Shown here piece after piece: positions 12,070-24,723 of a stretch of 64,000 bases of DNA. Origin of the DNA: Phoronis australis (taxonomy: Eukaryota; Animalia; Phoronida); NCBI GenBank assembly GCA_002633005.1, contig NMRA01000004.1, positions 52,353-116,352 of the forward strand. Reading direction: 5' to 3'. The translations under genes were made by a program, and so were the position numbers. Numbering within the stretch: position 1 is the first letter of the stretch; each line of letters begins with the position of its first letter. A model generated the notes under the pieces. The model was not told the origin of the DNA and ran no database searches. It worked only from the letters and a program-made list of their open reading frames with translations.

Positions 12070-15000
12070 GACGTCATTATTCATTAGCGAGATTTTTATT
12101 CTAGACCAAATTTTGATAATCCTCTCAATCTAGTTAATGCCAATCATTTTTTCTAGGTTTACACTGAATTTGATACCTAGCATCTTAAATTCCGTTATGC
12201 CCCATTCCATCTTGCATGATGGAAAACATCCTTACAAAATTTTTACTGCCCATCCAAATAACATTTGTTTTGGAATAATTTACTCTCAAACCAGACATTT
12301 CTTCATATTTACTCAGAAGTTCCATAGTAGCTTCCAAACTACGTCGTGAACCATCTGAGAAAAACGTTGTATCATCAACATACTGAGTAAGTATAAATTC
12401 ATCATTTCCTTTTTGAATGCCTTTAATTTCCTTATCTTGTTTCGTCATCAAAGCTAATATTTCAGCACTTAAACTGAAAACATATGGAGAAAGAGGATCA
12501 CCTTGTCTACAGCTCCTATGTAGAGTAAAACTTTTGGACAGAAAACCGTTTTCAACAATGTATGACACCGGACAATTATAAAAGGTTTTAATCCAATGCT
12601 TAATTGAGGCATTTAAATTAAAATATCCAAAACATTATTTATGTAGTTCCATGACAAGCTATCAAAAGCTTTTTCAAAATCTAATTGTAATAACAACCCC
12701 GGTTTACCATTTTTTCACAGAAATTCATAATATCAAAGGTCAATCTGATGTTTTCACCCATACATCTCCCTTTTATAAATACCATCTGATCCGAGGAAAT
12801 TATATATCCAAGTACTTTTTTCATTAACAAACAATACATCCGGATTCCAACTTGTAAACTCTGTTGAGCAAAGTTATTGGTCTCCAGTTTTTTATGAATT
12901 TTTTAGCCTTATTTGGCTTTGGAATTAAAGTGACAACTCCTGTTTTTTGCGTGTTTCACATTTCAATTTTTCATAGCTTTCATTTATGTGTCATAAAACA
13001 AAAAATCTAAATCTTTCCAGAAAAAAATGAAAAATTAATTTTTGAAACCATCTGACCCGGTGCTTTTTCGTTTTTTGATTTTTCAGTACAGACTAGAGTT
13101 CTTTATGTGTTATGTGTCCCTCAAGCTCCATAGCAAAGTTATCGGGAAGCTTACTTGAAACAATAAGGTTTTCTATAAGGAGAACTACTGTCAGAATAAT
13201 TTTTTCGTAAAAATTTGCGGCCACGTCTAGTATTTTTTCTTGATTTGTAATTATTTCTCCATTTTCCAATTCTATTTCATACATAAGTTTGGTATAAAAA
13301 TGTCTCGATTCTAAAGTACAAAAACATTTTGTGGGGGTTCCCCTCCTCTATCCATTTTGCCCTGGATCTGACGTAATACCCTTTCAATTTTGCTGACCGT
13401 ATTTCTAAAAGAGCACTCTTTTTCCTTTCTAAATATTCAAAAGTTCTATCATCAACATATTGCTATAAATTCTCTATTTCTTTCTCTAACTTATTCTCTT
13501 GACCATCTATTTATTTTTTTTAATCGAGTAAAATATAGACTTTTCCTATTTCCATTAACAGCACATCCAAAAAATAGTTGATCACTTATAACAAACTGAA
13601 TCCCACTGTTCGAAATATTTTGAATTTTGTCTACAGGAACGGCATATTGCTTTTCAACCACAGTTATTGTATCTTGAATGTTGTCTAATTATTCTTTGTC
13701 ATATAAAAGTGAATTATTAAATTTCCAGAGTCCTTTGCCTCGTGATTTCTCTAAATTTTAGACTTAACAATACCCCGAGAATGATCTGATCTGTAACTTG
13801 GAGTTCTTTGAACGCAATGCATCAAAGTTTTGAAAACCAGAAAAAAGTCAAGCCTAGCCTTCTAAATTGGATATTTTCTTCGAAAAGTGAATGTTCTCTT
13901 TGAAGGAAAAAATTCTCCAAAGAGATCACAGACACCAAACATATAAATTATTCCCTTTAGAAGCTTTGTAGCGTTTGGATTATTATAAAATCTATAATTG
14001 CAAGTATCCAGTTTTTGACTCAGAACTAAATTAATATCTCCACATAAAATAAACTTATGGACATCAATTTTTTCAACTGACCTATTGCCAGGATTATGAC
14101 GGACGGTTTAACTATCAATCAGAACGTAGCATTCTTGACACACCTTCGTCTGCGTTTCCAAGCCGCGTTTTACCAGCCAAATAATGTCGTTGTTGATAAA
14201 GCTTATTTTAGTCTAAAGCGTGTGTAGCTCTGACAGCCGTTATACAGCTCGAGAAGAATACACCGTCATTTTGGGGGCATTTCCTAAGCCAAAAAGTGTT
14301 GTCGACTCTGTAAACGATGAATCAAACTGTGTGAACGGCCATATGAGCAGCTCAACTTCACTGATGTTGCTGGATTACTCGAAGGTTAAACACAAATTTG
14401 ATATATTTGCTCCAAGGTAAGTACTTGTCAGTTTGGTGGCTATACTGTAGGCGTATCTGATTTTGACTCTTGTGAGGGGCCTTTGTCTCGGCAGCTGCTG
14501 GTTCCCAGCACTAGTCTAGCGGTAGTACCCGGAAAGTTGTTTTTAAGGACATTTAAATTTATTATATTTCATTTATTTCTACCTACAATGGACATTGTTC
14601 TGCTTCGTAGCACAGGAACATTTTTGTTATTCATGTACCCGTAGGCTGGCGTTCAACTGAACTTCTCACCAAAATTGATACATTCGATCGGCACATGCTT
14701 GGAGGGCACTAGATAACTGAACTCAAAGCCTCGTTCGAAAAAATAAAGTTGAATTACTTTTTGATGAGAACCTCTAGTATACACTACGCCTGTAGAGTTA
14801 AGGGGAGACCATTTTGCAGTTGTTCAAACACGATACTTGAATTTATGAAGCTTTAAAAAACAATTTTAGTTGTTTTGTAAATGGCCACTTTTTGCCACTC
14901 CACAGACTTGTCATTTTTTATTACCATACCACAGCTAAGTGATCATGCTTTAAAATTAAATGCAAACTACCCTTTTGCAACGAAACAAAAAATATGATGT

Positions 15001-16470
15001 TCATCAGAAGGTTTTTCTTTATGGTGCACTGAATTACGGCCAATTCCAAGCGTTAATTCGACTGATGTACACAGCCCTACACCTACAGGAGCTAACTGCT
15101 TGCCTAGGACAAGATGACGATGTGCCTGAGCTACGAACCTGATTTTTTAATCAAAATTTAGCAGACGGCAGAATAAAAATATTGGCGAACCTTCACTGAT
15201 TTTGTTCGAAATATCCCGAAACCTATAGAATCGTACAGATAATTCGACTTCAAGGTGAATATCCAGCTTTACATGAACATATCGCATCAGTGGCCTTGTC
15301 AGTTTTCAAGTGAAGGTGAACCCCGTGTGGGGTTCTTTGGATTTTTGCTGGCTGCGAAATACTTTTCCTCGAACACTTATTTTTTCATCGTCGCAACTTT
15401 ACAAATTCCCAAGTCATGAACGTACGATTCTCAGCTGAAAAGTACCGCCTGTTGTCTTCGTCGAAGCATTTCCAAAAAGTGCAAAAAACGCTCATCAATT
15501 CCACCAGGAACGTCGTTTAGCGAATGTGTATTTTCCTCTGGCATCTTGTTTGCTTGTCGGGTCTCACGTGACTATTTGCAAGGAGGCGGAGCTTGCGATA
15601 GGTCAATTATTGAAAACATGATACTATAACGGTCCGGGTTCTCAGTATTTGGACCGTACAAATTTACAAGAATGATCCTCTCTCCCTCCATAATTAATTC
15701 TATAACATAGTTTCCCGTAGGATCCTTTCTCACATTTTGAACAGTAAACTCAAAGTTATTGTTAAATATTAATAGCTACTCCTCTTGAATTACTCTTGTA
15801 AGAGCAAAAATAACGTGTAACCCCACTGATATTCAATGTACGGCTCCAAACCACATGCAAGGTGAGTGTCTTGTAGACGATGTATATTAAATGCTTTACC
15901 ACTTATGAAATTAAAGACATCTCTTCTTTATTCTGGGGCTCCCAAACCATGGCAATTAACTGAAAAGATATTAATTCCGATCACAGTAGGAAATATGAAT
16001 TACTTTTACAATAGAAATTTTGAGGTCACATAAAGTATTACAGAAACTTACAGGGTGGGCATACATTCACATACACACACTCGAAGCATAAATCAAAGAA
16101 ATAATTAATAAACAAAACAGAGGACAACATGGACAAATAAACTGAATAGTGAACTGTGGTCTCATTCCAGTTCATAATGTCACAAGGGTATTTCCAACCA
16201 ACTCAAATAAATTACAAAAAGACTAACAGTTCCAATGTGCCACACAGAGATTTCGATTAATGAATGTCTTGGATAAACTCCATCTCTGTAACTTGATGTA
16301 CCTCATCCGACCAGTCTTTCAGATATATCTTCCCATCGTAGGTCCAATGGCTTTTCACTCTTCCCCTCGCACCAAGACTCCTTGCCGCTTTGAATACTTT
16401 TGCCCTTCGCTTTGTTAGACTCTCGTTGACATAAATGCCCGCATCAACATCTTTCAAGGAATAGAAGACT
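12070..16470 (-). mobile_element. L1/Tx1-clade LINE (ORF1 C-terminus, APE endonuclease, RT), degraded and interrupted at 14078-15605
   Basis: ORF1 tail IYVNESLTKRRAKVFK..WTYDGKIYLK (16257-16470). Endonuclease motifs NCHGLG..LQDTH..NSRGVAI, VNLYGPN, LCGDINL, RLDFF, SDHS. RT motifs RQGDPLSPYVF and QYVDDTT (12185-12568). Confidence 0.9.
14078..15605. mobile_element. Internally deleted two-gene DNA transposon (THAP + SWIM; ISL2EU/Kolobok-type) inserted in the LINE endonuclease
   Basis: TIRs TGACCTATTGCCAG / CTTGCGATAGGTCA. Plus-strand THAP remnant CSSDSRY..FPKPKS..CERPYEQLN..YICSK followed by GTAAG. Minus-strand SWIM remnant ESYVHD..VRGKVFRSQQKSKEPH..AICSCKAG. Removing the element rejoins the LINE frame. 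Confidence 0.7.
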
Positions 16471-18699
16471 ATTTCTGAAATGACGCTAAATGCACAGAAC
16501 GTTTCTATCTGTGGCGTATATTTTATTTGCAGCTTTGTACAGAAAAGATGTGGTATGGTTTTAAAAACGAACAATTACGATGTTTTGTTGGGATTTAGCA
16601 TTTTCAGGGCTTGTGCAATAAAATGGATTCACATTCAAAAAATGAAATCTTTAATGTTGGAAGTGCGCTTGAACGTTTTTAATCTGCTGGGGTCTATTTC
16701 GCGAGTGTCTTTAGGGGTTCGACAGAGTTTTAATTTATCGTTGAACTTTTAAACTTTTAAAAAATCATATTTTGTATTAGTTTTTCCAGTTACAGTCGAC
16801 AGAAACACATCTAGCAAAAATAACGAAAAGACACCTCTAATTAAAACAATTATTGGATTAATTTTGAAAACGGGTTAATTAAGTTGCACGATGCCAATTT
16901 TCTGCTTTAAGGTTATGTAAGATCCTAAACGTTTTCCAAATTTGACTGCTAACTTCGTAACATCAAATCTCAAAAACAGTTGATCAGATTCACATGAAAC
17001 ATTCTAGATACTATGGTTCATGTTACAAAACGCTGTTACCAATTGTTTCCAAAATGTTCCACTCTTGTATAAAGCTCTCAAGAAATAGATTATTGATTGT
17101 CTTGAAACAACTCAAAATTTTCAGGAAACGAAAACGAAATGATAATTTAAAAAACTGTAACATTGTTTTTGAGATGTCTTCTTGAACATTTTAAAGGTCA
17201 CGTTATTGATGGCCTTGTTTTGCTACCAAGGTACCTTTCGTCTTTGCTAAATTGGTCATGTGACCCACTCAGTGGCAGATTGGTATAAATTAAGAAATCA
17301 AATTATACACGTTTCCTGCTTTCTGAAAATATACTTTCACTGACTTAAACTCTGTAATTTGTAGATATTTGGCCACGTAACCTTTACGCTTTTGATTATA
17401 TTTCGCGGTTTATTGGTTTTCTTATATCGGTGTCAGTAGACTTCTGAATTTTAAGTACCAATTTTATAGTTTGGGTGCACATCGCGTTTCCTATAAAATA
17501 ACAAATAAGTGTTCGCCGAATTAGTTTGTGCGGCGTTGTGGCTCAAACACTGTTATTTAGATTGCTCAAATTGACCTCAAAAAGCATCAATTTCAAAATC
17601 ATGATTCTTCTTCTGCATTTCACCAGACGGTGATTTCAGCATGAGTTTAGTTGATGTGAATTACCTAAGACAATAATTTTCTTCTCCATGAATTCAAATT
17701 TACCGTTTGAATTAAATTACCCAATTGACATCCTTTTGAACTTTGATGCCGTACGCTATTACTTAATTAAAATATCCAAAACTCAACCCAAATCCATTTT
17801 AAATCAAACAATCTCTTATTTAAAACATAAAAAACAAAAAAAGAAATTAGTCAATGCCGTAAAACAATGACCACCCTACCGTTTTTGGCTAACCGTCGAA
17901 ACCCGTTCTGTCAGAAATTATTCTTACTATCTCACTTTTGGCAATTATCAAATCACGCTTTTGTCACGTGATCGTTAGCAAAACACAGTTTAATAACACT
18001 TGATTCAAATTATTTGATAACGTTAGTATGTGTCAGTATATTCTCAGAGACATTGCGCTTCGATGAAGCGAGATTAAGTTACTTTTTTTCGGAAATAGTT
18101 GTGTACAGAGCGAGACGAAATTTCCGACTTCAATCTTTCAGCGCGTTCAGATGTGGAATGTTTATGAGAAGGCAGGTAGGAGGTTTGATCACCCGCTTAA
18201 AACGTGCGTTCGCAAATGGATTCTATATGCCACCTTGCTAGTAATCATTGTAACAAAAATGTGCAAAGTGTTAATATTCTGGCCAATCAAGTGTGTTCAG
18301 GGTGGCGCCTCATTTCGAGCAGACGATAAGAAGACAGAGCAGGCATCTTTTTTAGAGGGCGTAACAGACGTCCAATCTGCCTTCTGTCGAACGGCATGAG
18401 AACGCTGTACATGTATTAGTCACTTTTCATGAAACAGACCCCAGGGACCGGGAAAAGATCTCCTAACTCTGAATTCGCTCGAAATTTACCAGTCACTCTG
18501 CATGATTCGAGAACAAGATTGTAAATTTACTCGAAGGGTGACGTGCAACTGGTCAATATTCGAGTACAGAGATTAGAACCTAGGACGCGGTTTTGAATGT
18601 TGCGGATGAGCCTGCAACCGTTTGATCGGTAACATTCTGGTGGTGACCACAGATCCCCCTTTCTTAACCTTGCTGCTAACGTTGCTGCTGCCGATGTTA

Positions 18700-18700
18700 C

Positions 18701-18740
<40 letters not shown>

Positions 18741-18742
18741 GC
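18700..18742. repeat. (TTG)n microsatellite
   Basis: Directly visible run of about 13 TTG units. Confidence 0.95.
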
Positions 18743-20261
18743 TTAATTGTCATACGTGCAGGAAGGTTAGTTTCAGTGTGCGACTTGGCAAGTGGGGGGG
18801 GGGGAGTTGGCAAGACAAATACTAGCGGCACCCCCCTTGCGCGATTCCAGTTTTGCCTCCGCCACCACCCAGTTTCGTCCTAAGGAATTGGAACGAAAAG
18901 GACAAAAATATGACCCATACGTCCTCCATACTGGCTTGAAACCGTGTGGATCAATGCACCCACACCCCGGTTTTTCAAAAATGATCCCTGAGTCCCCGGC
19001 TGTCGTCACCAATTTCGCATCACCCCTTGCCACTGTCATGCGGGTAATCGCCGTGACAGGCACCAGAGACTTGGACACCTGTGCTTCAGCAATAATTCGC
19101 AGAAAATGGTCACTTCTTGGACCTAAGTTCGTTAAACGGTTACGCGTTTAGGATAAGATTTTGACCTTAGGAGTCATCTCTTATGAATTTCACTTTGTTG
19201 GGGTGCAAAGAAGAGGTGCTGCCAAAATGATTGTTTATAGGGTGTACAAGTAACACAAAAAACAACCGCGGGCTGTAAAGTCCATGATACGTGCATCTCT
19301 AACTTTCCTGTACTGTCATGGCAATGTGTTTCTGTGCTTCTAAATTATAAATTGATTCATAAAGATAATGATCAAGACATGCTTTTAGTAGCATTGCTGG
19401 AATACAACTTATAAGAATGGGTGGAAGGTTAAACGTCTTCAACTTAGGATTTATACATATACATACATACGTTTGTATGTATGTATGTATATATCAGTGC
19501 TCATCGCTTAGCTAAACGCCTAGTCTCATTTGACCCACTGGCAAAAATCACAGGTCAGCAAACGAAATCTGAGGTCGTCAAAACCGAAACTATGTCCGGA
19601 CCGACGAATTCTGAGTTTCCAATTCGGCGTTAACTTTCGTCGACCCGAAAAAAACTTCGTACGGCCGTACCGACACCCATTACCCTTGGTCTTCTCTAAC
19701 TTTCCTCCGTAAATTTAAGACAACATTCATTCTCCAGCTCTATTATTTCTCCCGCCGACCAATGGATACAGGACGCAGACGACCCCATGGGCTGTTGGCG
19801 TGTATTGTCCGACTTTTGCCGAATAGTTCAGAATTCTGCCTGTTTACTTCCTTTGTTAATTGAAACCTTGTGGCAAATGCGCCGTATCAACACGAACCTT
19901 GAAGCAAATTTAGAGGGAATTTTTCCTTACTTTGTTACTCGCAGTGGTGACCTCGTGGCGACTTGGAATGTTTCCAAGGTCGCCAAACACAATCTGAACG
20001 CGCATTGGCGACGATGAGGTCGACAAATCGAGCGCTGTAAACAAAATCTCATCAGACATAAACGACTGCTCAACAACAACGCGTACTGTAACTAGAAAAT
20101 CTCAGATTTGCGCCACCTCATCCAAAACTCTTAGACTGGCACACATTCCCCAACTGAGATTGTCTTCAGGAACAAGTCTTTAACTAAAACCGGTTTAAGG
20201 TGATGCTGTAGGGACCCCCTTTCAAAAATCTCTTGGTATACATTTACACCAAGCTCTGTCT

Positions 20262-20420
20262 TTTTACGTCGGCAACATGTTTTGGTCGGTCATTAATCCG
20301 GCCTCTGTCAGACGTTTTAAAGCGTTTTTATGAGAACGAGCACGAGTATTTGATACACTCAAGCTGGGAGGTTGTATCGTTTCCTGGTAGACCTCGTTCG
20401 TTTGAGCTTAGGACCTTTCG
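20262..20420 (-). mobile_element. Possible Penelope-like element 3' remnant with a degenerate hammerhead-like motif
   Basis: Minus strand reads PKLKRT..RYNLPA*VY, resembling the GIY-YIG C-terminal PSLNR..G..YNLP..Y. It is followed by ACGT-CTGACAGA-GGCCGG-loop-CCGACC-AAAAC-AT-GTT..GACGT. Confidence 0.35.
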
Positions 20421-20709
20421 ATTGTCAGTCCAGAGACCTGAATGCTTGCATCTACGGTACACTCAAACCCGGCTGAAATTGTCAGTTACCTCATGATTTG
20501 AGCGGTATGAGCGATCGGTGGTGTTAGACCGACTTTGGATTGTTTCGTATGATAAACATTTCAAAGGAGAATCCGTAATAGTAAAAGGCCGAAACTTTGT
20601 TGGCGGCTCCATTTCTTGGCGAAATGCCTAATTGCGTTTTCACTTATCGTATGCTTTTATTAGAAGCACATCGCATGTGAGTCAATGGGTGGTATTGAAT
20701 TGGTTTTAG

Positions 20710-20934
20710 AACGCAGAAGAGGAAACATTGGAAGTTACGGAAGAACATGAAGTAAAGACACCAACGCCCAAGTCGTCGGTATTTGCTCGTTTGAAGTTAT
20801 GGTGGCGAAAGAAATTTTTGACAACCCCGTCTTTCAGGATGCCCGACGTGTTTATCGAACCCGTCACACCGCCGTCTAGTTCGTCGGGGGACTCCGACAA
20901 TGAAGAAGTTGCAACCGAAGACGATTTAGACTAA
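20710..20934 (+). CDS. Possible orphan terminal exon of an unknown acidic, Ser/Pro-rich protein
   Basis: TTTTAG acceptor ends at 20709, then 74 open codons (NAEEETLEVTEEHEVKTPTPKSSVFARLKLWWRKK...DSDNEEVATEDDLD*) and AATAAA at ~21072. No upstream exon identified. Confidence 0.3.
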   Translation, partial: NAEEETLEVTEEHEVKTPTPKSSVFARLKLWWRKKFLTTPSFRMPDVFIEPVTPPSSSSGDSDNEEVATEDDLD

Positions 20935-21719
20935 AGGTTTATTCACATTGCTTGTCAATTTTTCAACGATATTGTAATGGTATTTAGTCAAGAAAAATAT
21001 TATCTTCAATTATCAAATGTCATTTAAATAGCGATAATCTAATTTGAAAATGACAGCTGATAGCATTATCAAATAAAAAAGAAACCTACTGAAAAGACTG
21101 TGTAAACTAGATTTTCATATCACTGATTTCACACACATAGATAATTACAATAACCATACACTTAGTGAAGTGTCCCTTATCCCGTTATCTCCCCATGAGA
21201 ATTTGACAACAATATTCAGGGATTTTTCTACCATAAGTTATACATAATAACTTTTAATCTTTAATCCACACGACACTACATAGCTCAAGCCGTATCTTGT
21301 GTTGTGGTTCAGTAGCGAGCTGCTCTTGCTGGAAACCTTCTCATGATCATTCATATCGTCCACTCCCCCACTCACTTTCGTGACATCTTCATCCTTTCAA
21401 TTAACGGTTGTTGAGGAATCTAATAGCACAGGCGCTTGGATTAGTCATTATGAAGGCTGGCATTTGAAAGGCTCTATTATCCCTTCAAAACGACCCGCAG
21501 CATTTAACCGGAAATCTTCATTCGCAGATAACGCCGGATTCCTTGTTAACTCTGCAAAGAGCTGCAGAGCCTCATACCTGAGCTTCCGAAGGCTGCCCAG
21601 GTCTTGTGACTGAACGGTAAAGACAGTTCCACCGATAAACTGATGCCCTCGAAGTGTATAATCTTTTTCGCATCTTTATCGACGAGACTGAACTGCAAAA
21701 CTCCAACCAGTACACTTAC

Positions 21720-22350
21720 AGTACCTAGCCTGTACCATCACGCCACATGCTCAGATCACCGGGGGAGTGTATAGCAGGCTTGCACAGACCAACAACCCTT
21801 TTGACAGGATGAACAAATGAATGTGGAGCAACAAACATCTCAGAAAATGTAGCGTGAAACGAGCTGTCCTTCACTCTTGCTTAGATCTGAGTCAGGGGTC
21901 TTGTACCAACGGCTTCTGAGACTCTTGGAGAGCTTTCAACAACGCTGCCTCCATGGATTCTTGGAGATCCTTTGGAGTGACATTGTCACAATTTGTGGAA
22001 GTCTTGGAATGCTACGGCGAATTCGAAGTCTTAGCCGTGCGTTTTGCATATACTGTCCACATGGCAAAGGGACAGAGGCACAAAAAGAGACACAAGAACC
22101 CTCTCGATAATTACCTCAGCTCTTGCTACAACCCTTCTCAACAGTGGGCCGCCCTTATCGCTAAACCGAGAAGTCTGGAGGCTCGCTGTCAACAAAGCCA
22201 CTTCAGATTATGCCCGCAAGGACGGGTTTAAAGGTAAACGTCAGAAAAATAAGAGACGGGCAGATGCGAGCACTGACCCCAGACAGTCCTTCTTTTGAAG
22301 TCGCTGTTGATTTGCCAGTCCCTCTCCTTGGTTGTCGCACACAACAGCGT
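21720..22350 (+). mobile_element. RTE (BovB-like) LINE 3' fragment; second copy at 23033-23590
   Basis: QYLACTIT..SRLAQTNNPFDRMNK*MWSNKHLRK and LRLLESFQQRCL..LEILWSDIVT match the post-RT region of RTE ORFs. Confidence 0.75.
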
Positions 22351-24269
22351 GCCTGCAACTGTCATGGATAGTTTGGAAGACACAAAACTTGCTTTATGAC
22401 CTCATAAGGTTCACCTCCAAGAGGAAATTTAAGGCTATGAAAATACCCGAGGTGTTCGGGATGTTGTCGGATGTGTTTCATATATCTACATGTGCGAACT
22501 TCAATCATAACAGAAAGTCGCATGACTGGCAATATGGAGAATGCCGTGTCCTTTAACCCAACAATAAGAGACTTGAACGTGAGTTAAATGTACACCAGGA
22601 GGCAGACTATGGAATGAGAATAACGTCGCGCATGCCTATTGAGACCTTCGAGGCAGATACCCATAGACTCTATCCACTTACTGAGCTGTTCACACATGCG
22701 CATTTATGAAAAACCTCCGAGTGATAGTCAGTGTACGATACCATTGTTTGTTATGAATGTATATTTTTACTTAATGTTTTTAAAAATTAATACATGGCCA
22801 AGTGTCCCAACTATAGTCGGATTGGTAAGAATTAAATATTAAATTCTATCGGACTTCTGCTGTGATTATGTACTTCAGCTGAGTTAAATTCTACATGTTC
22901 GTGGACATTCGGCCAAATGAACCAACATGCCCATATGGTTACGCACAACCTTATACCATACTCAAATCTCCCTTCTAATTTCGACTCTTTGTGGGGGACA
23001 CTAGAAATCACACATGCATGATTGATCTAATNTGCACAGACCAACAACCCTTTTGACAGGATGAACAAATGAATGTGGAGCAACAAACATCTCAGAAAAT
23101 GTAGCGTGTAACGAGCTGTCCTTCACTCTTGCTTAGATCTGAGTCAGGGGTCTTGTACTAACGGCTTCTGAGACTCTTGGAGAGCTTTCAACAACGCTGC
23201 CTCCATGGATACTTGGAGATCCTTTGGAGTGACATTGTCACAATTTGTGGAAGTCTTGGAATGCTACGGCGAATTCGAAGTCTTAGCAGTGCGTTTTGCA
23301 TATACTGTCCACATGGCAAAGGGACAGAGGCACCAAAAGAGACACAAGAACCCTCTCGACAATTACCTCAGCTCTTGCTGCAACCCTTCTCAACAGTGGG
23401 CCGCCCGAGAAGTCTGGAGGCTCGCTGTCAAGAAAGCCACTTCAGATTATGCCCGCAAGGACGGGTTTAAAGGTAAACGTCAGAAAAATAAGAGACGGCA
23501 GATGCGAGCACTGACCCCAGACAGTCCTTCTTTTGAAGTCGCTGTTGATTTGCCAGTCCCTCTCATTGGTTGTCGCACACAACAGCGTGCCTGCAACTGT
23601 CATGGATAGTTTGGAAGACACAAAACTTGCTTTATGACCTCATAAGGTTCACCTCCAAGAGGAAATTTAAGGCTATGAAAATACCTGAGGTGTTCGGGAT
23701 GTTGTCGGATGTGTTTCATATATCTACATGTGCGAACTTCAATCAGAACAGAAAGTCGCATGACTGGCAATATGGAGAATGCCGTGCCCTTTAACCCAAC
23801 AATAAGAGACTTGAACGTGAGTTAAATGTACACCAGGAGGCAGACTATGGAATGAGAATAACGTCGCGCATGCCTATTGAGACCTTCGAGGCAGATACCC
23901 ATAGACTCTATCCACTTACTGAGCTGTTCACACATGCGCATTTATGAAAAACCTCCGAGTGATAGTCAGTGTACGATACCATTGTTTGTTATGAATGTAT
24001 ATTTTTACTTAATGTTTTTGAAACTTAATACATGGCCAAGTGTCCCAACTATAGTCGGATTGGTAAGAATTAAACATTAAATTCTATCGGACTTCTGCTT
24101 TGATTATGTACTTCTGCTGAGTTAAATTCTACATGTTCGTGGACATTCGGCCAAATGAACCAACATGCCCATATGGTTACGCACAATCTTAAACCATACT
24201 CAAATCTCCCTTCTAATTTCGACTCTTTGTGGGGGACACTAGAAATCACACATGCATGATTGATCTAAT
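21781..24269. repeat. ~1.24-kb near-identical direct duplication flanking N23032 (probable uncollapsed haplotypes)
   Basis: 21781-23031 and 23033-24269 differ only by scattered SNPs and small indels; the join is exactly at the N. Confidence 0.9.
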
Positions 24270-24723
24270 TTTGAGAAGACAGAGCCGTTAACACACTCCT
24301 GAGGTTACACAGAATGTAGTAGCCATGTCATGAATTGTTATCGCGCCACACTCGGTCTTTCAATGCACAGGTGCTTGACTTTATCTGTTTCTCGATCGCA
24401 AATGACGTCATCCAATACTAAGAAAACATGTGTTTCTTATATATGGTTATGAGTCACCGGGAAATTCGAGCGCCTGTGTTTCAATGTTGACAAGCACTGC
24501 AAACCAAAACTAAAAGTTTATTGGCACTAGAATGATGAATGGCAAGCCAATTTCAATGTCAAATAGTGATTAGCACGGCATCAGAGGGACGAGTTATGAC
24601 GTGCAGCATTGTGGGTAAATACAGTCAAAGGGCGGTGCGCTGTTTCGGGAATCGACAGTAGCTTTGACTGCTATGCTGAGCTTATGCAGCTTCTACCTGT
24701 ATGAACCGATAGATTTAGTTATC

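Noticed and set aside
18622-19151. Poly-Leu signal peptide or poly-Gln/Asn protein and neighbouring ORFs
   Set aside because: The runs are produced by a TTG microsatellite; no recognisable domain or consistent exon structure.
21781-24269. 1.24-kb direct repeats as LTRs or a true tandem duplication
   Set aside because: They join at N23032, have no TG..CA ends, TSD or internal region, and the repeat begins in the middle of an RTE fragment.
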